DNA from: a virus
Lineage: Duplodnaviria; Caudoviricetes
IMG/VR virus record: IMGVR_UViG_2660238492_000006
Location: 1 to 64,000 of that record
DNA: 64,000 nucleotides
Direction: 5' to 3' (one strand)
Shown here: positions 39,211-48,153 of the stretch, in pieces
Layout: every line of letters begins with the position of its first letter
Numbering within the stretch: the first letter of the stretch is position 1
Program-made: the position numbers and the translations under genes
The notes under the pieces: generated by a model
Databases searched by the model: none
What the model saw: only the letters and a program-made list of their open reading frames with translations
What the model was told of the DNA's origin: nothing

Positions 39211-40084
39211 CTTCTTTATTCTCCCAACCTAATAGTTTTTTTTCTAAATTGTCATAGTCATATTCTCTTGATTTAAAATTATCAAATCTTAAAGGTGCTT
39301 TTTCATTTTTAGCTTTTTTACCTAATTCTCTTTTTTTATCTTCATAATTGCATTCTAATACTTTAATAAAATTGTTAGGTTTTATTAGCCAATCAAAAGT
39401 TATTACCCATGATTTATTATTTTGACCTTTAAGGAAAGAGCTACTCTTTATATTACTAATAGCTTTTAATACATTTTCAATTCCATATTCTTTGATTCTT
39501 GCATTAAGTAACTTATATCTATTAGTACCAGCTTTTATAGATATAACCCTTTGTAATCCTAACAAATTCCATGCATCTATTATTGGTTGCACTTTAGTGC
39601 TACTAACTATATCTTTAGATATAGTATTATCTATATCTATCTTTATATCTATATCTATATCTGTGTTACTTTTTGTTACTTGATTGTTACATTGTAACGC
39701 CCTAACTTCTTTTTGCTTTTTTTCTTTTTCTCTAAGTGCTCTTACTCTTGATGCACTTTCACCTTCACTTCCAATCATATTTTGTGTTGCAACCATAAAT
39801 AATTTTCCATCGTCCCATTGTTCCATTAGACCTAATTGGGTTAATATATCTACTGCAACTTTTACAGTATCAACATTAGTATTTGTAATGCTTGCTAACA
39901 TATTTGGTGTGAATGGTATGCAACCATTAAAGATTAAAATCCCATCTGTTGATACTGATTTTAATAAAAGTTTCATATAAAAAATTATATAATCTTTTCC
40001 GTTAGGCATATTTTCTAAGATTTTAATTTCATCTCTTTCAAAAAAATCTTCTTTAAGTCTTAACCAATAATATCTTTTTGCCAT
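39203..40084 (-). CDS. phage replisome organiser/replication initiator
   Basis: KRYYWLRLKEDFF, DIDID linker, FLKGQN...W..TFDWLIKP.NF.KVLE; GTTAC repeats near 39663-39699. Confidence 0.85.
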   Translation of the reverse strand: MAKRYYWLRLKEDFFERDEIKILENMPNGKDYIIFYMKLLLKSVSTDGILIFNGCIPFTPNMLASITNTNVDTVKVAVDILTQLGLMEQWDDGKLFMVATQNMIGSEGESASRVRALREKEKKQKEVRALQCNNQVTKSNTDIDIDIKIDIDNTISKDIVSSTKVQPIIDAWNLLGLQRVISIKAGTNRYKLLNARIKEYGIENVLKAISNIKSSSFLKGQNNKSWVITFDWLIKPNNFIKVLECNYEDKKRELGKKAKNEKAPLRFDNFKSREYDYDNLEKKLLGWENKEDE

Positions 40085-40099
40085 AGCTTTCCCCTTTTG

Positions 40100-40399
40100 T
40101 TATAATGAAATAGAATTATTTGTATTTGCTATCAAGATATTTTTTTCAGCATACTTTTTCTTGGTAGCTTTTACTCTTACTCTTAAATATTCTCCATCTA
40201 CTCTATAAATTTCTCCTAACTCATTCCATGTATGGTCTGTTTTTAATTCCTCTAATTTATTTATTTCTTTTTCACTTAAACAAATTTTCTTATTTCTTTT
40301 TTCTATTTTTTTAGGTTTTATTCCTAATAATCCAAGTGTTTTTTCAGCACTATTTTTTGATATTATAGATGCGTATAACGCTAACCAATTTTCTTTCAT
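40100..40399 (-). CDS. hypothetical/HTH-like protein
   Basis: ENWLALY.SI; TWNELGEIY. Confidence 0.6.
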   Translation of the reverse strand: MKENWLALYASIISKNSAEKTLGLLGIKPKKIEKRNKKICLSEKEINKLEELKTDHTWNELGEIYRVDGEYLRVRVKATKKKYAEKNILIANTNNSISL

Positions 40400-40401
40400 T
40401 T

Positions 40402-40548
40402 CTAGCAGCTCCTTTCTAAGTAAATTTCTTTTGCTTTTTTAAAAGCATCTTTATATCCCATTCCTTGAATATATAATTCTTGTGTTTTCTTTGCTATAGC
40501 TCTATCAAGCTTGTCTTTTTTTTCTGCATAAATTGCTAACTTACCCAA
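40402..40548 (-). CDS. small hypothetical protein (48 aa, TTG start)
   Basis: GGAGG RBS; MGKLAIYAEKK...AFKKAKEIY. Confidence 0.55.
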   Translation of the reverse strand: MGKLAIYAEKKDKLDRAIAKKTQELYIQGMGYKDAFKKAKEIYLERSC

Positions 40549-40683
40549 TTAATTTCCTCCTAAAATTTTTCTTTGTTCTACTACTATATAAGAATCTAGT
40601 TTTTGACTTAATTTAATTGTTATATACGCATTCCTTCCATTTTCCTTAATACTTTTTATTAATTTTTCTCTTAACTCCTCCAT
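40549..40683 (-). CDS. Spo0E-like aspartyl-phosphate phosphatase (44 aa, not in track)
   Basis: MEELREKLIKSIKENG...LSQKLDSYIV, compared with the family SQELD signature; GAGGT RBS. Confidence 0.65.
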   Translation of the reverse strand: MEELREKLIKSIKENGRNAYITIKLSQKLDSYIVVEQRKILGGN

Positions 40684-40717
40684 TATTAATACCTCTAATC
40701 CAATTAGCACTATAGTG

Positions 40718-40864
40718 CTAATTGGCTTCTTTTTTTATTACATTTCTTGTAAACACCATAGCATGCATAACAGCTAATACATATTCTTGGCATTCTGTTG
40801 GTATTTGACTTGCTTCATCAACAATTTTACTTATATAACTTTGTTGCATTTCTTTAGTTTCCAT
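40718..40864 (-). CDS. first early leftward gene (Cro position)
   Basis: start at METKEM after AGGAAG; divergent from the repressor. Confidence 0.55.
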   Translation of the reverse strand: METKEMQQSYISKIVDEASQIPTECQEYVLAVMHAMVFTRNVIKKEAN

Positions 40865-40900
40865 CAAAACACTTCCTTTCCGTTTTTGTATTATAAATAC

Positions 40901-41002
40901 ATAATATACCATAGTTTTTGTATTGTCAAACCATTTTGTCGTATTTTTATTGTATTTTTAATACACAATTGTATTGACAATACAATTGTGTATATATATA
41001 AT
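40901..41002. promoter_or_regulatory. divergent lysis/lysogeny promoters with a 33-bp palindrome
   Basis: + TTGACA-17-TATAAT (40974-41002); - TTGACA at 40929-40924; IR ATACACAATTGTATTG-A-CAATACAATTGTGTAT. Confidence 0.75.
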
Positions 41003-41024
41003 TATTTATGTTGGAGGTGATGAT

Positions 41025-41369
41025 TTGAATATTGGAACTAGACTAAAAAAGGCTAGAAAATTTAGGGGAATATCTCAGACATGCTTAGCGGAACATTTAG
41101 GTTTCTCTAGGGGAGTTATAACTAATATTGAAAGTAATAAAACAGTTCCATCTCAGCTTATTTTAGAAGGTATATGTCAATTGCTTAATATAAATAAAGA
41201 TTGGTTACTAACTGGTAACGGTGAAATGGATTATAAACAAGTTTCAAAAACTGTAAAAATATTAAGTGAAATAAATGAAACGGCAAAAGAACTTTCTATT
41301 GACGAACAATTATATATACTAGATTTAATTAACACTTTCAAAAAGCATAAAGAATGCTTTAAAAAGTAA
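41025..41369 (+). CDS. XRE-family repressor (CI-like)
   Basis: IGTRLKKARK.RGISQ..LA...I.NIE...WLLTG.GEM; TTG start after GGAGGTG. Confidence 0.85.
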   Translation: MNIGTRLKKARKFRGISQTCLAEHLGFSRGVITNIESNKTVPSQLILEGICQLLNINKDWLLTGNGEMDYKQVSKTVKILSEINETAKELSIDEQLYILDLINTFKKHKECFKK

Positions 41370-41641
41370 TATTTCCCCAAAAGAGTAACACAAAGTTGTT
41401 GCTCTTTTTATCTGTAATATATTCTCTTTTTAAAATGTTTTAGCATTTTAAATTTAAATTATTCAAATTACATATAGTTAATTTATTAATTTTTCGCTCG
41501 AGCACATTAATAATTTTAGCAGATTCAAACTCCGCAATAGCGGAGTTGTTCGACTTTTTATCCATTTTTCCAACATTTTCCCCTTGTTTTTATGTATATA
41601 AATGTCGAAAATATAGTAAAGACTTCTATTGATGGTGAATA

Positions 41642-41851
41642 ATGCTGAAAATTAGATTGAAAAAATTAAGGTTAGAAAAAAATCTTACACAAAAAGAGCT
41701 TGCAAAAATAAGTAGAGTTGGAAAAAGTACAATTTCAGATATAGAGAATAATTTAAAATCACCTAGATTAGTTACCATTTATAAGTTAGCAAAAGCATTA
41801 AATATAAGCTGGAAAAAGTTAATTTATGATGATGATAACGACATTAATTAA
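41642..41851 (+). CDS. XRE HTH regulator
   Basis: LTQKELAK.S.VGKSTISDIEN. Confidence 0.85.
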   Translation: MLKIRLKKLRLEKNLTQKELAKISRVGKSTISDIENNLKSPRLVTIYKLAKALNISWKKLIYDDDNDIN

Positions 41852-41952
41852 TGTTTTTTAGTTTATTAAAGACATAAAATATGACATTTCTATATTTATT
41901 AATATAATAGTTTAAACTTATTGGATTGAAACTATTATATTAGGAGAAAAAA

Positions 41953-42246
41953 ATGACTTTTGGAGATAGATTAAAGGAACTAAGAGAAGATAATGGATTA
42001 CGTCAAACTGAATTAGCTGATAAATTAAATTTATCTAGAAATGCAATAAGTGCTTACGAAACAAATACTAATGAACCTAATTTAGATATTTTGGTTAAAT
42101 TTGCAGATATATTTAACGTAAGCTTAGATTATCTTTTATGTAGAACTAAAGAAAAATATAATTTAAATTTAGAAAATAACACCAACAAGGAACTTTTATT
42201 AAAGATATGTGATATTTTGAGCTTATATAAAATAGAAAAAAAGTAG
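41953..42246 (+). CDS. XRE HTH regulator
   Basis: FGDRLKELRE...YET...EP....A.IFNVSLDYLL. Confidence 0.85.
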   Translation: MTFGDRLKELREDNGLRQTELADKLNLSRNAISAYETNTNEPNLDILVKFADIFNVSLDYLLCRTKEKYNLNLENNTNKELLLKICDILSLYKIEKK

Positions 42247-42300
42247 TTATATTATATATTTTAATTAACTACTTTTTCTCTTTATTTTAAATTGTTAAAT

Positions 42301-44595
42301 TTAGTGTGGTAATTTAGTAATAAATTTTGCATATCCATCATTACATTTTATAAGATTTAAACTATAGTATCTTTTTAGGTTTAATAGATCATCTAATTCG
42401 AAAGGTTCTAATTCTTGTTTTAACTCTAAATAATTATCTTTATTGCATCCTGCAATAAGCATATAGCTTGTATTAGCACTTTTTAATTCTGGTCTTATAT
42501 ATTTTATTTGCTCTAAACTATGACAGCTTATAATTGATTTTGCTGTTTTTTTAGCAATTTGATTAAGTTTAATTTTTAAAAATGTTTGGCAACAAGGGAC
42601 TTGATATAATTCATCAAAAAACAGATTTACTTTTACTCTATCTTCTTCTTTTAATATGCTATGCCTTTGTTGTAATGCTCCCCATATCTTATTAATCCAA
42701 TAAGTACAGTATACATCTTTTTCTTCATCTGTACTAAACATTGTTTCTTTCATTTTTAAACAAATAAGTTGATTCTTTTGCATTTCTTGTACTAGATTTA
42801 TATTATTGCTGCAATCTTTTTTTAACATTAATTCCATATAAACATTACTTTTAATAACATCCAATCTATTTAAAATTCCTTGAATATATGAAACCTTAGT
42901 ACCTACAACTTGTGGTTCTTTGGTTTTACACCAATCATCTAATTCTTGCAATGCTAATACATATTCTTCTAAGTTACTTCTTTGAGTAGATTGTATTTTA
43001 TCTATAAATTGCCTTCTAATTTTATAATCTTCTAATACATTAAATACATCTTTAATACTTCCGTTACTTATAAAGACAACTAAACTACTTGCTTTTAAAT
43101 ATCTATTCATACGTGGCTCTAATTCATTATCTATATTAATAGAATTAATAAAATTAACTAATTGTGCTGTTTGCATTTTAGCACTTTTATATACTTCAAA
43201 AGTATTATTACTATCTGCAAATATTTCATTAAAGCCTAATCCTTGTAATTCATCAAAATTTGAGCAATCAATATTTAATATTTTCTTTTTATCAATTGCA
43301 TAACTAACATCATTGGAAAACTCACACTCTCCACAAAAGTCAAATATTATTGAACACTCATTATTATCTATAGAATCTTTTACTAAATGTTTTAATAATG
43401 TAGTTTTTCCGCTTCTTGTAGGAGCAATAGCACATAATGTTAAATTCCTAAAATCCTTATCTGTACTTAAATATGCTTTTGAACTTTTCCCCTTACATAT
43501 ATTTGAACCTATACACATAGTTCCTTCCAACAACTCTACAGGAATTGGAGTTTCTGTTGTTTCTATATGATTTATTTTAAAATCTTTTAGTAGGTGATCT
43601 GCTGGTATCTGAATAAAATTTTGACATTCATCACTAGAGCACATATTTATATCTATTTTATAATCATAATCTTCTATGTTTATTGTTTTTTTAACTTTTT
43701 TATATATTAACTCATTATCCTCAGATAAGACATTATAAGATTGACATATACTTAAAGCGTTATTCTCTTGTCTAGTTTTATCAATGCTGTCTGAAATAAC
43801 TGCAATCTGAGTATTAATTATAGTAGCTTCTTTCTTTTTCTTTGTATTTTTAGATGTATCATTTTGTTGTCCTATAATAGACATAACATTTTTATACAAG
43901 CTTTCATTATCTTTATTAGTGTTTCCTCCTGTAAAGTCTTGTAATACTTCTAAAATGCAATCTAGTGTAGTTAAAACAGTACCTAAAATAGCCTTTAATA
44001 TATATTCAAAACTTGTTATTTTCTTTTCAAGTGGTTTATTATTCTTAACCTTATTTTCCATTTCTTCATAGCGTTCTTTCCAACCAATTTGGCGTATAGG
44101 CATAAAATTATAAGCTATTCTTAATCTATCTGTATCTTGCATTATATCCATTACATTTAAAATAGAATTTAATGGTTCATTATTTGTTTTATTTACATTC
44201 AGACTAAGCGCATCATCTTTTTTATAGTTTAATGAATAAGTAGTAGAATTTACTGAAAATGTTGGTATATCTTCTACTTCTTTTATAGTAGCTTTTGACC
44301 ATATTTCACTAATTTTTTCTAAAATTATAGATTTATAGATAACTGGAACTAAAAAATAGAAATTAGCATTATTCTTTTCTATATCAATAATATAAGATAT
44401 TTTAAAGTTAGTTTCTATAAATATCTTTTTTTGTTCCTTATGAACACGTTTATTAATGCTTTTATATGTGTGTGAAATAGCTTTGGCAATATTGCTTGAA
44501 TTATAATTCCTAATAGATCTGTGTGGTACTATTTGAATATATGTGTATGTTGGATTGATTAATTGAAAATAATTACTTAATTTTATAGCTTCCAT
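42301..44595 (-). CDS. large FtsK/HerA/VirB4-like P-loop ATPase
   Basis: Walker A APTRSGKT, IFDFCGE, Walker B LFFDE. Confidence 0.75.
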   Translation of the reverse strand: MEAIKLSNYFQLINPTYTYIQIVPHRSIRNYNSSNIAKAISHTYKSINKRVHKEQKKIFIETNFKISYIIDIEKNNANFYFLVPVIYKSIILEKISEIWSKATIKEVEDIPTFSVNSTTYSLNYKKDDALSLNVNKTNNEPLNSILNVMDIMQDTDRLRIAYNFMPIRQIGWKERYEEMENKVKNNKPLEKKITSFEYILKAILGTVLTTLDCILEVLQDFTGGNTNKDNESLYKNVMSIIGQQNDTSKNTKKKKEATIINTQIAVISDSIDKTRQENNALSICQSYNVLSEDNELIYKKVKKTINIEDYDYKIDINMCSSDECQNFIQIPADHLLKDFKINHIETTETPIPVELLEGTMCIGSNICKGKSSKAYLSTDKDFRNLTLCAIAPTRSGKTTLLKHLVKDSIDNNECSIIFDFCGECEFSNDVSYAIDKKKILNIDCSNFDELQGLGFNEIFADSNNTFEVYKSAKMQTAQLVNFINSINIDNELEPRMNRYLKASSLVVFISNGSIKDVFNVLEDYKIRRQFIDKIQSTQRSNLEEYVLALQELDDWCKTKEPQVVGTKVSYIQGILNRLDVIKSNVYMELMLKKDCSNNINLVQEMQKNQLICLKMKETMFSTDEEKDVYCTYWINKIWGALQQRHSILKEEDRVKVNLFFDELYQVPCCQTFLKIKLNQIAKKTAKSIISCHSLEQIKYIRPELKSANTSYMLIAGCNKDNYLELKQELEPFELDDLLNLKRYYSLNLIKCNDGYAKFITKLPH

Positions 44596-44792
44596 TATTT
44601 TAAACCTAATTTTAATGCTTGTAATAAAAAATTAATTGCAAAACTTATACTTGCAACTCTTCCTGCCTTCTTTTGTCCTGCCATATACAAGATTATAGCA
44701 ATCATGCAAACATACAAACATATCCAATAACTCATTCCTATAAATTCTAAAGCTGTAGATGTTCCTAATTTAATGAAAAAATTCTTAATCAT
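44595..44792 (-). CDS. small two-TM protein
   Basis: hydrophobic; coupled by TAATG overlaps. Confidence 0.7.
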   Translation of the reverse strand: MIKNFFIKLGTSTALEFIGMSYWICLYVCMIAIILYMAGQKKAGRVASISFAINFLLQALKLGLK

Positions 44793-45196
44793 TAAAATGC
44801 CTCCCTTACCAATCCAAACATATATGGCATTAAATATAAACTTGCATATATTAGAAGATATTTCATAATTATTTTTCCAATTTCTGCTGTATTATTTCCA
44901 CCTCGCATAGATGTTTTAACTATTTCAGCAAGTGCAGACAATAATGCAATCCAATACCCTACTCTTTGTAAAATATTTAAAAATGTATTTCCTAATTTAT
45001 CTACTGATTCTAAATCAACTGCTAAAACATGGGTAGGATTATTTATTAAAAATAATGTTGTTCCAATCCCTATTATTAATTCTTTTTTAAATCTTTTTCC
45101 ATCTTTTAATCCTAAATTTTCTAACTTTATATCTAATGTACTTTTGTTGTTATTTTTCCAATTTAAGTATTGTTCATGGTTCATTACTATTTCCAT
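44792..45196 (-). CDS. membrane protein, VirB2/pilin-like topology
   Basis: leader ending ...HVLA, followed by two hydrophobic helices. Confidence 0.6.
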   Translation of the reverse strand: MEIVMNHEQYLNWKNNNKSTLDIKLENLGLKDGKRFKKELIIGIGTTLFLINNPTHVLAVDLESVDKLGNTFLNILQRVGYWIALLSALAEIVKTSMRGGNNTAEIGKIIMKYLLIYASLYLMPYMFGLVREAF

Positions 45197-45260
45197 AAAA
45201 CCTCCGAATAAAAATTAATTGATTGGTTAAAATATAAATATTAAAAGGATGGTGATTAAA

Positions 45261-45338
45261 ATGACAATACCATTTGCAATTACAGTAGGATATACTATTG
45301 CATACGGAGTTGCTTGTTTTGCAGTTTATTTTTTATAA
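45261..45338 (+). CDS. 25-aa hydrophobic peptide (type I toxin-like)
   Basis: MTIPFAITVGYTIAYGVACFAVYFL; AAGGATGGTG RBS. Confidence 0.5.
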   Translation: MTIPFAITVGYTIAYGVACFAVYFL

Positions 45339-45482
45339 ATTTCTTAATATTTGTAACAATTAAATATATACTTGCATATACTTAACGTATACACGTATAC
45401 GAGAAGTTACTTAGCTATAGTCTACCAACAATTGGTAGACTTATTTTTTTTATAAAGAATATATAAATTTATATAAAATTAA

Positions 45483-45638
45483 CTATCTTTTCTCTTTTTC
45501 TTCTTGCTCCATTATATCTCTCAAAATTGATTTTATAAAAGCAGACTTATATTTATTTTTACAAATCCAATTATATAATTTTAAATCATCTATATCTTTT
45601 TTAAAACTTAATGGTATAAGTAACGGTTTATCACTCAT
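45483..45638 (-). CDS. small RHH-like protein (51 aa, not in track)
   Basis: LIPLSFKK...LKLYNWI...KSAFIKSILRDIM; AGGAGG RBS. Confidence 0.65.
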   Translation of the reverse strand: MSDKPLLIPLSFKKDIDDLKLYNWICKNKYKSAFIKSILRDIMEQEEKEKR

Positions 45639-45670
45639 AATTTACCTCCTATTTCTAATTATTTATAATA

Positions 45671-45699
45671 TATAGTATGTATAAGACTATATAAGTGTT
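45671..45699 (-). promoter_or_regulatory. sigma-K-like promoter
   Basis: AACA-N16-CATACTATA. Confidence 0.5.
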
Positions 45700-45859
45700 A
45701 CTATTTTTATATAACTTTATATATTTATTTATAATTTTAAGTGTATTGCTTACGCCTATACATTCATGATCTTAACTTCATTTTATTGTTTATTTATATG
45801 TATATTTGAGAATTACAAGAATTTTAGAATTATTATTGAATTTTGAATTAAGAAACGAA

Positions 45860-46620
45860 TACTGATTAAACCTGTGGACACGTTTTAGGGTATAGTTTAC
45901 CCTAAAAATATAGGATAAACAAAATATTACTGACATAACTGAATTGTATCTTAGTAACATTACCTACCTTGCCCTTCAAATGTACTTTAATAACTTACTA
46001 CTTGCCCATAAGCTACGATATTAAGAAATATCTTGTACAAGTTCCTGTCTTGCGACCAAGCGGACCACCCACATACACTTTTATTTATCTATCCTGTAGA
46101 TGTTGGGAGTGTTGTATCTTACCCAACTGACGACATGCTGCATATGGTAGGCAATGCATACACGCCGAGTTAATTAGTCGGAACTACCCGAGACGTTTAT
46201 TTAAAGTGTTTCTCCCCTATTCCACCAAACCTGTTCCCTAAAAAAGGTAACAAGAAATTAAGCCTATACACTTCCTTTTTTAAAAAAATTGTGATAAACT
46301 TAATCTATCGGGAATAAGTTTATCTTTTTAAGATAAAGAAAATATATAAGAATAATTAATCTATATTTAATTTTTAAATGAAGGTAATTGGTTGTTACCT
46401 TCATTTTTATTCTATAAAAACAAAAAAACTTTATCGGTACACACCAATAAAGTTATAAAAAATCTTATTTACATTTCACCTATCATTTGATATAATAAGG
46501 TCAGAAATAAGTCTTTCAGTTATAGCTTGTTTTGGTAGTTCGTGTACCATTCGAGTTCCTTTTATTAGAATTTCCGTTCTAATAAAGGTGAAAGGCTTTA
46601 TTTTTTTGTTTTTTTATTAT
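45860..46620 (-). ncRNA. putative long structured RNA / replication origin region
   Basis: no ORF in track, locally GC-richer, many hairpins, promoter TAGACT-17-TATAAT at 46655-46627. Confidence 0.55.
46503..46612 (+). ncRNA. putative ~110-nt antisense RNA
   Basis: promoter TTTACA-17-TGnTATAAT (46468-46496); three-stem fold; T-run end. Confidence 0.6.
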
Positions 46621-46637
46621 GTTTACATTATAATTCT

Positions 46638-46683
46638 TTTTTGTGGATAAGTCTACATTTTTTTATAAACTTATCCACAAAAA
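46638..46683. promoter_or_regulatory. inverted pair of perfect DnaA boxes, also the par operon terminator
   Basis: TGTGGATAA at 46642-46650 and TTATCCACA at 46671-46679. Confidence 0.7.
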
Positions 46684-46688
46684 GTATT

Positions 46689-47000
46689 TTAGTCTGTAAA
46701 TTCTAATGTGTCTAAACAATGTTGTATCATCATATTAATTAATTCATTTCTACTATATCCAGTTCTTTTAACTATTTTATCTAATTCTTTTTGTACTGCT
46801 CCATCTACATAAAGTGGAAATGATTTTCTTACGCTTTTATCCTCTTGTTTTTTCCCAATTTTAAATGCTATAGTATTTTCATTTAGTTCTTGATTTTCTT
46901 CTTTAATATCAATATTAGATATTGATTCTTGATTTTCCTTTTTAATGCTATTTTTTATATTATTTTTAAAATCATTTTTCATTTTAATATCACCTTTCAA
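46689..47000 (-). CDS. RHH centromere-binding partner of ParA (type Ib)
   Basis: C-terminal KSFPLYV....ELDKI...GYSRNELINMMI; downstream of parA. Confidence 0.7.
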   Translation of the reverse strand: MKGDIKMKNDFKNNIKNSIKKENQESISNIDIKEENQELNENTIAFKIGKKQEDKSVRKSFPLYVDGAVQKELDKIVKRTGYSRNELINMMIQHCLDTLEFTD

Positions 47001-47036
47001 TATGTAGTATTAATATTTAAAATTAATATTATATAT

Positions 47037-47789
47037 TTATTTCATTCTTTTTATGATTTCGTAATACAGATCTTTATAAGGTTCTGCATACTTTTTATTG
47101 TAATCTTGTATTGTTATATTTGATGCAACAGCTTCTTTATATTTTACACTATTATTTATAATTGTTTTGAATACATCTTCTGTAAGTTCTTCTGTTATAA
47201 CTTCATTTATTTGTTTTGAAAATATAGTCTTTTTATCAAAATTATTTCTTAATATTCCTAATAATTTTATATCTTCATTTACACGATTTTCTTTTATTGT
47301 CGTAACAAGATTATCAACTAAATTCAATCCTTGAAGTGCTGATGTAGAATTATCTATTACCTCTATGTAATAATTACTCATACACATAGCATTAGTTGTA
47401 CATAAACCTAAAAATGGTGAATTGTCTATTATTATTACATCATAATTATTCTTAAATTTTTCAAATTTATTTTTTAATATGGTTTCTCTTGTTATCTTAT
47501 TATGAAGTTCTGATTCTAAGACAGCACTTTCAATCGTGTTTGGTATTAAATCTATCATTTCATTGTATTGTGCTATACAATCCTTAAAATTCACTTTAGA
47601 ATTAGAATACAAATCATATAAATTATATTCAGCTTCAACATTTAAAATTTGACTTAAATTTGATTGGCTATCATTATCTATTAATAAAACTTTATGTCCT
47701 TGTTTTGCGAATTGTCCTGCTAAATTTACACAAGTAGTAGTCTTACCAACTCCTCCTTTAACATTTATTATTGATATAATATCGCACAT
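47037..47789 (-). CDS. parA: ParA/Soj partition ATPase
   Basis: KGGVGKTT, LLIDND.Q.N, YDVIIIDNSP. Confidence 0.9.
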   Translation of the reverse strand: MCDIISIINVKGGVGKTTTCVNLAGQFAKQGHKVLLIDNDSQSNLSQILNVEAEYNLYDLYSNSKVNFKDCIAQYNEMIDLIPNTIESAVLESELHNKITRETILKNKFEKFKNNYDVIIIDNSPFLGLCTTNAMCMSNYYIEVIDNSTSALQGLNLVDNLVTTIKENRVNEDIKLLGILRNNFDKKTIFSKQINEVITEELTEDVFKTIINNSVKYKEAVASNITIQDYNKKYAEPYKDLYYEIIKRMK

Positions 47790-47869
47790 TAATATTTCAC
47801 CTCTTTATATAATATTAATTTATAATATCATTATATCATACTAATATATAATGTAAATACTAAATATTA

Positions 47870-48019
47870 TTATACCCCATATAATTTAAAAAACTCCATA
47901 ACTCTTAGATCTAATTGTTCCTTAATACATTCATTTTTTTTTAGCAACTCTCGCTGTGCTTTATTTATTCTAATACTGTATACATAATCTTTTTTTTCTT
48001 TCTTTTTATTATATTCCAT
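47870..48019 (-). CDS. small basic protein (49 aa, not in track)
   Basis: MEYNKKKEKKDYVYSIRIN...; GAGGTGG RBS. Confidence 0.5.
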   Translation of the reverse strand: MEYNKKKEKKDYVYSIRINKAQRELLKKNECIKEQLDLRVMEFFKLYGV

Positions 48020-48153
48020 ATTTTACCACCTCTAAAACAATTATAACATAATTTTTAACGTATACAAGTGTTTACTTATGTCTACTAGCGTATACTTTTA
48101 AAAAATAGCAAAAAATAAAGCAATAAGAGAAAATCTTATTGCTTTATTTTCTA

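Noticed and set aside
42301-45196. complete conjugation system
   Set aside because: No relaxase, coupling partner, VirB6/VirB8 or hydrolase genes adjacent.
45860-46280. tRNA, rRNA or group I/II intron
   Set aside because: No cloverleaf, rRNA or intron catalytic motifs recognised by eye; an Rfam search is still needed.
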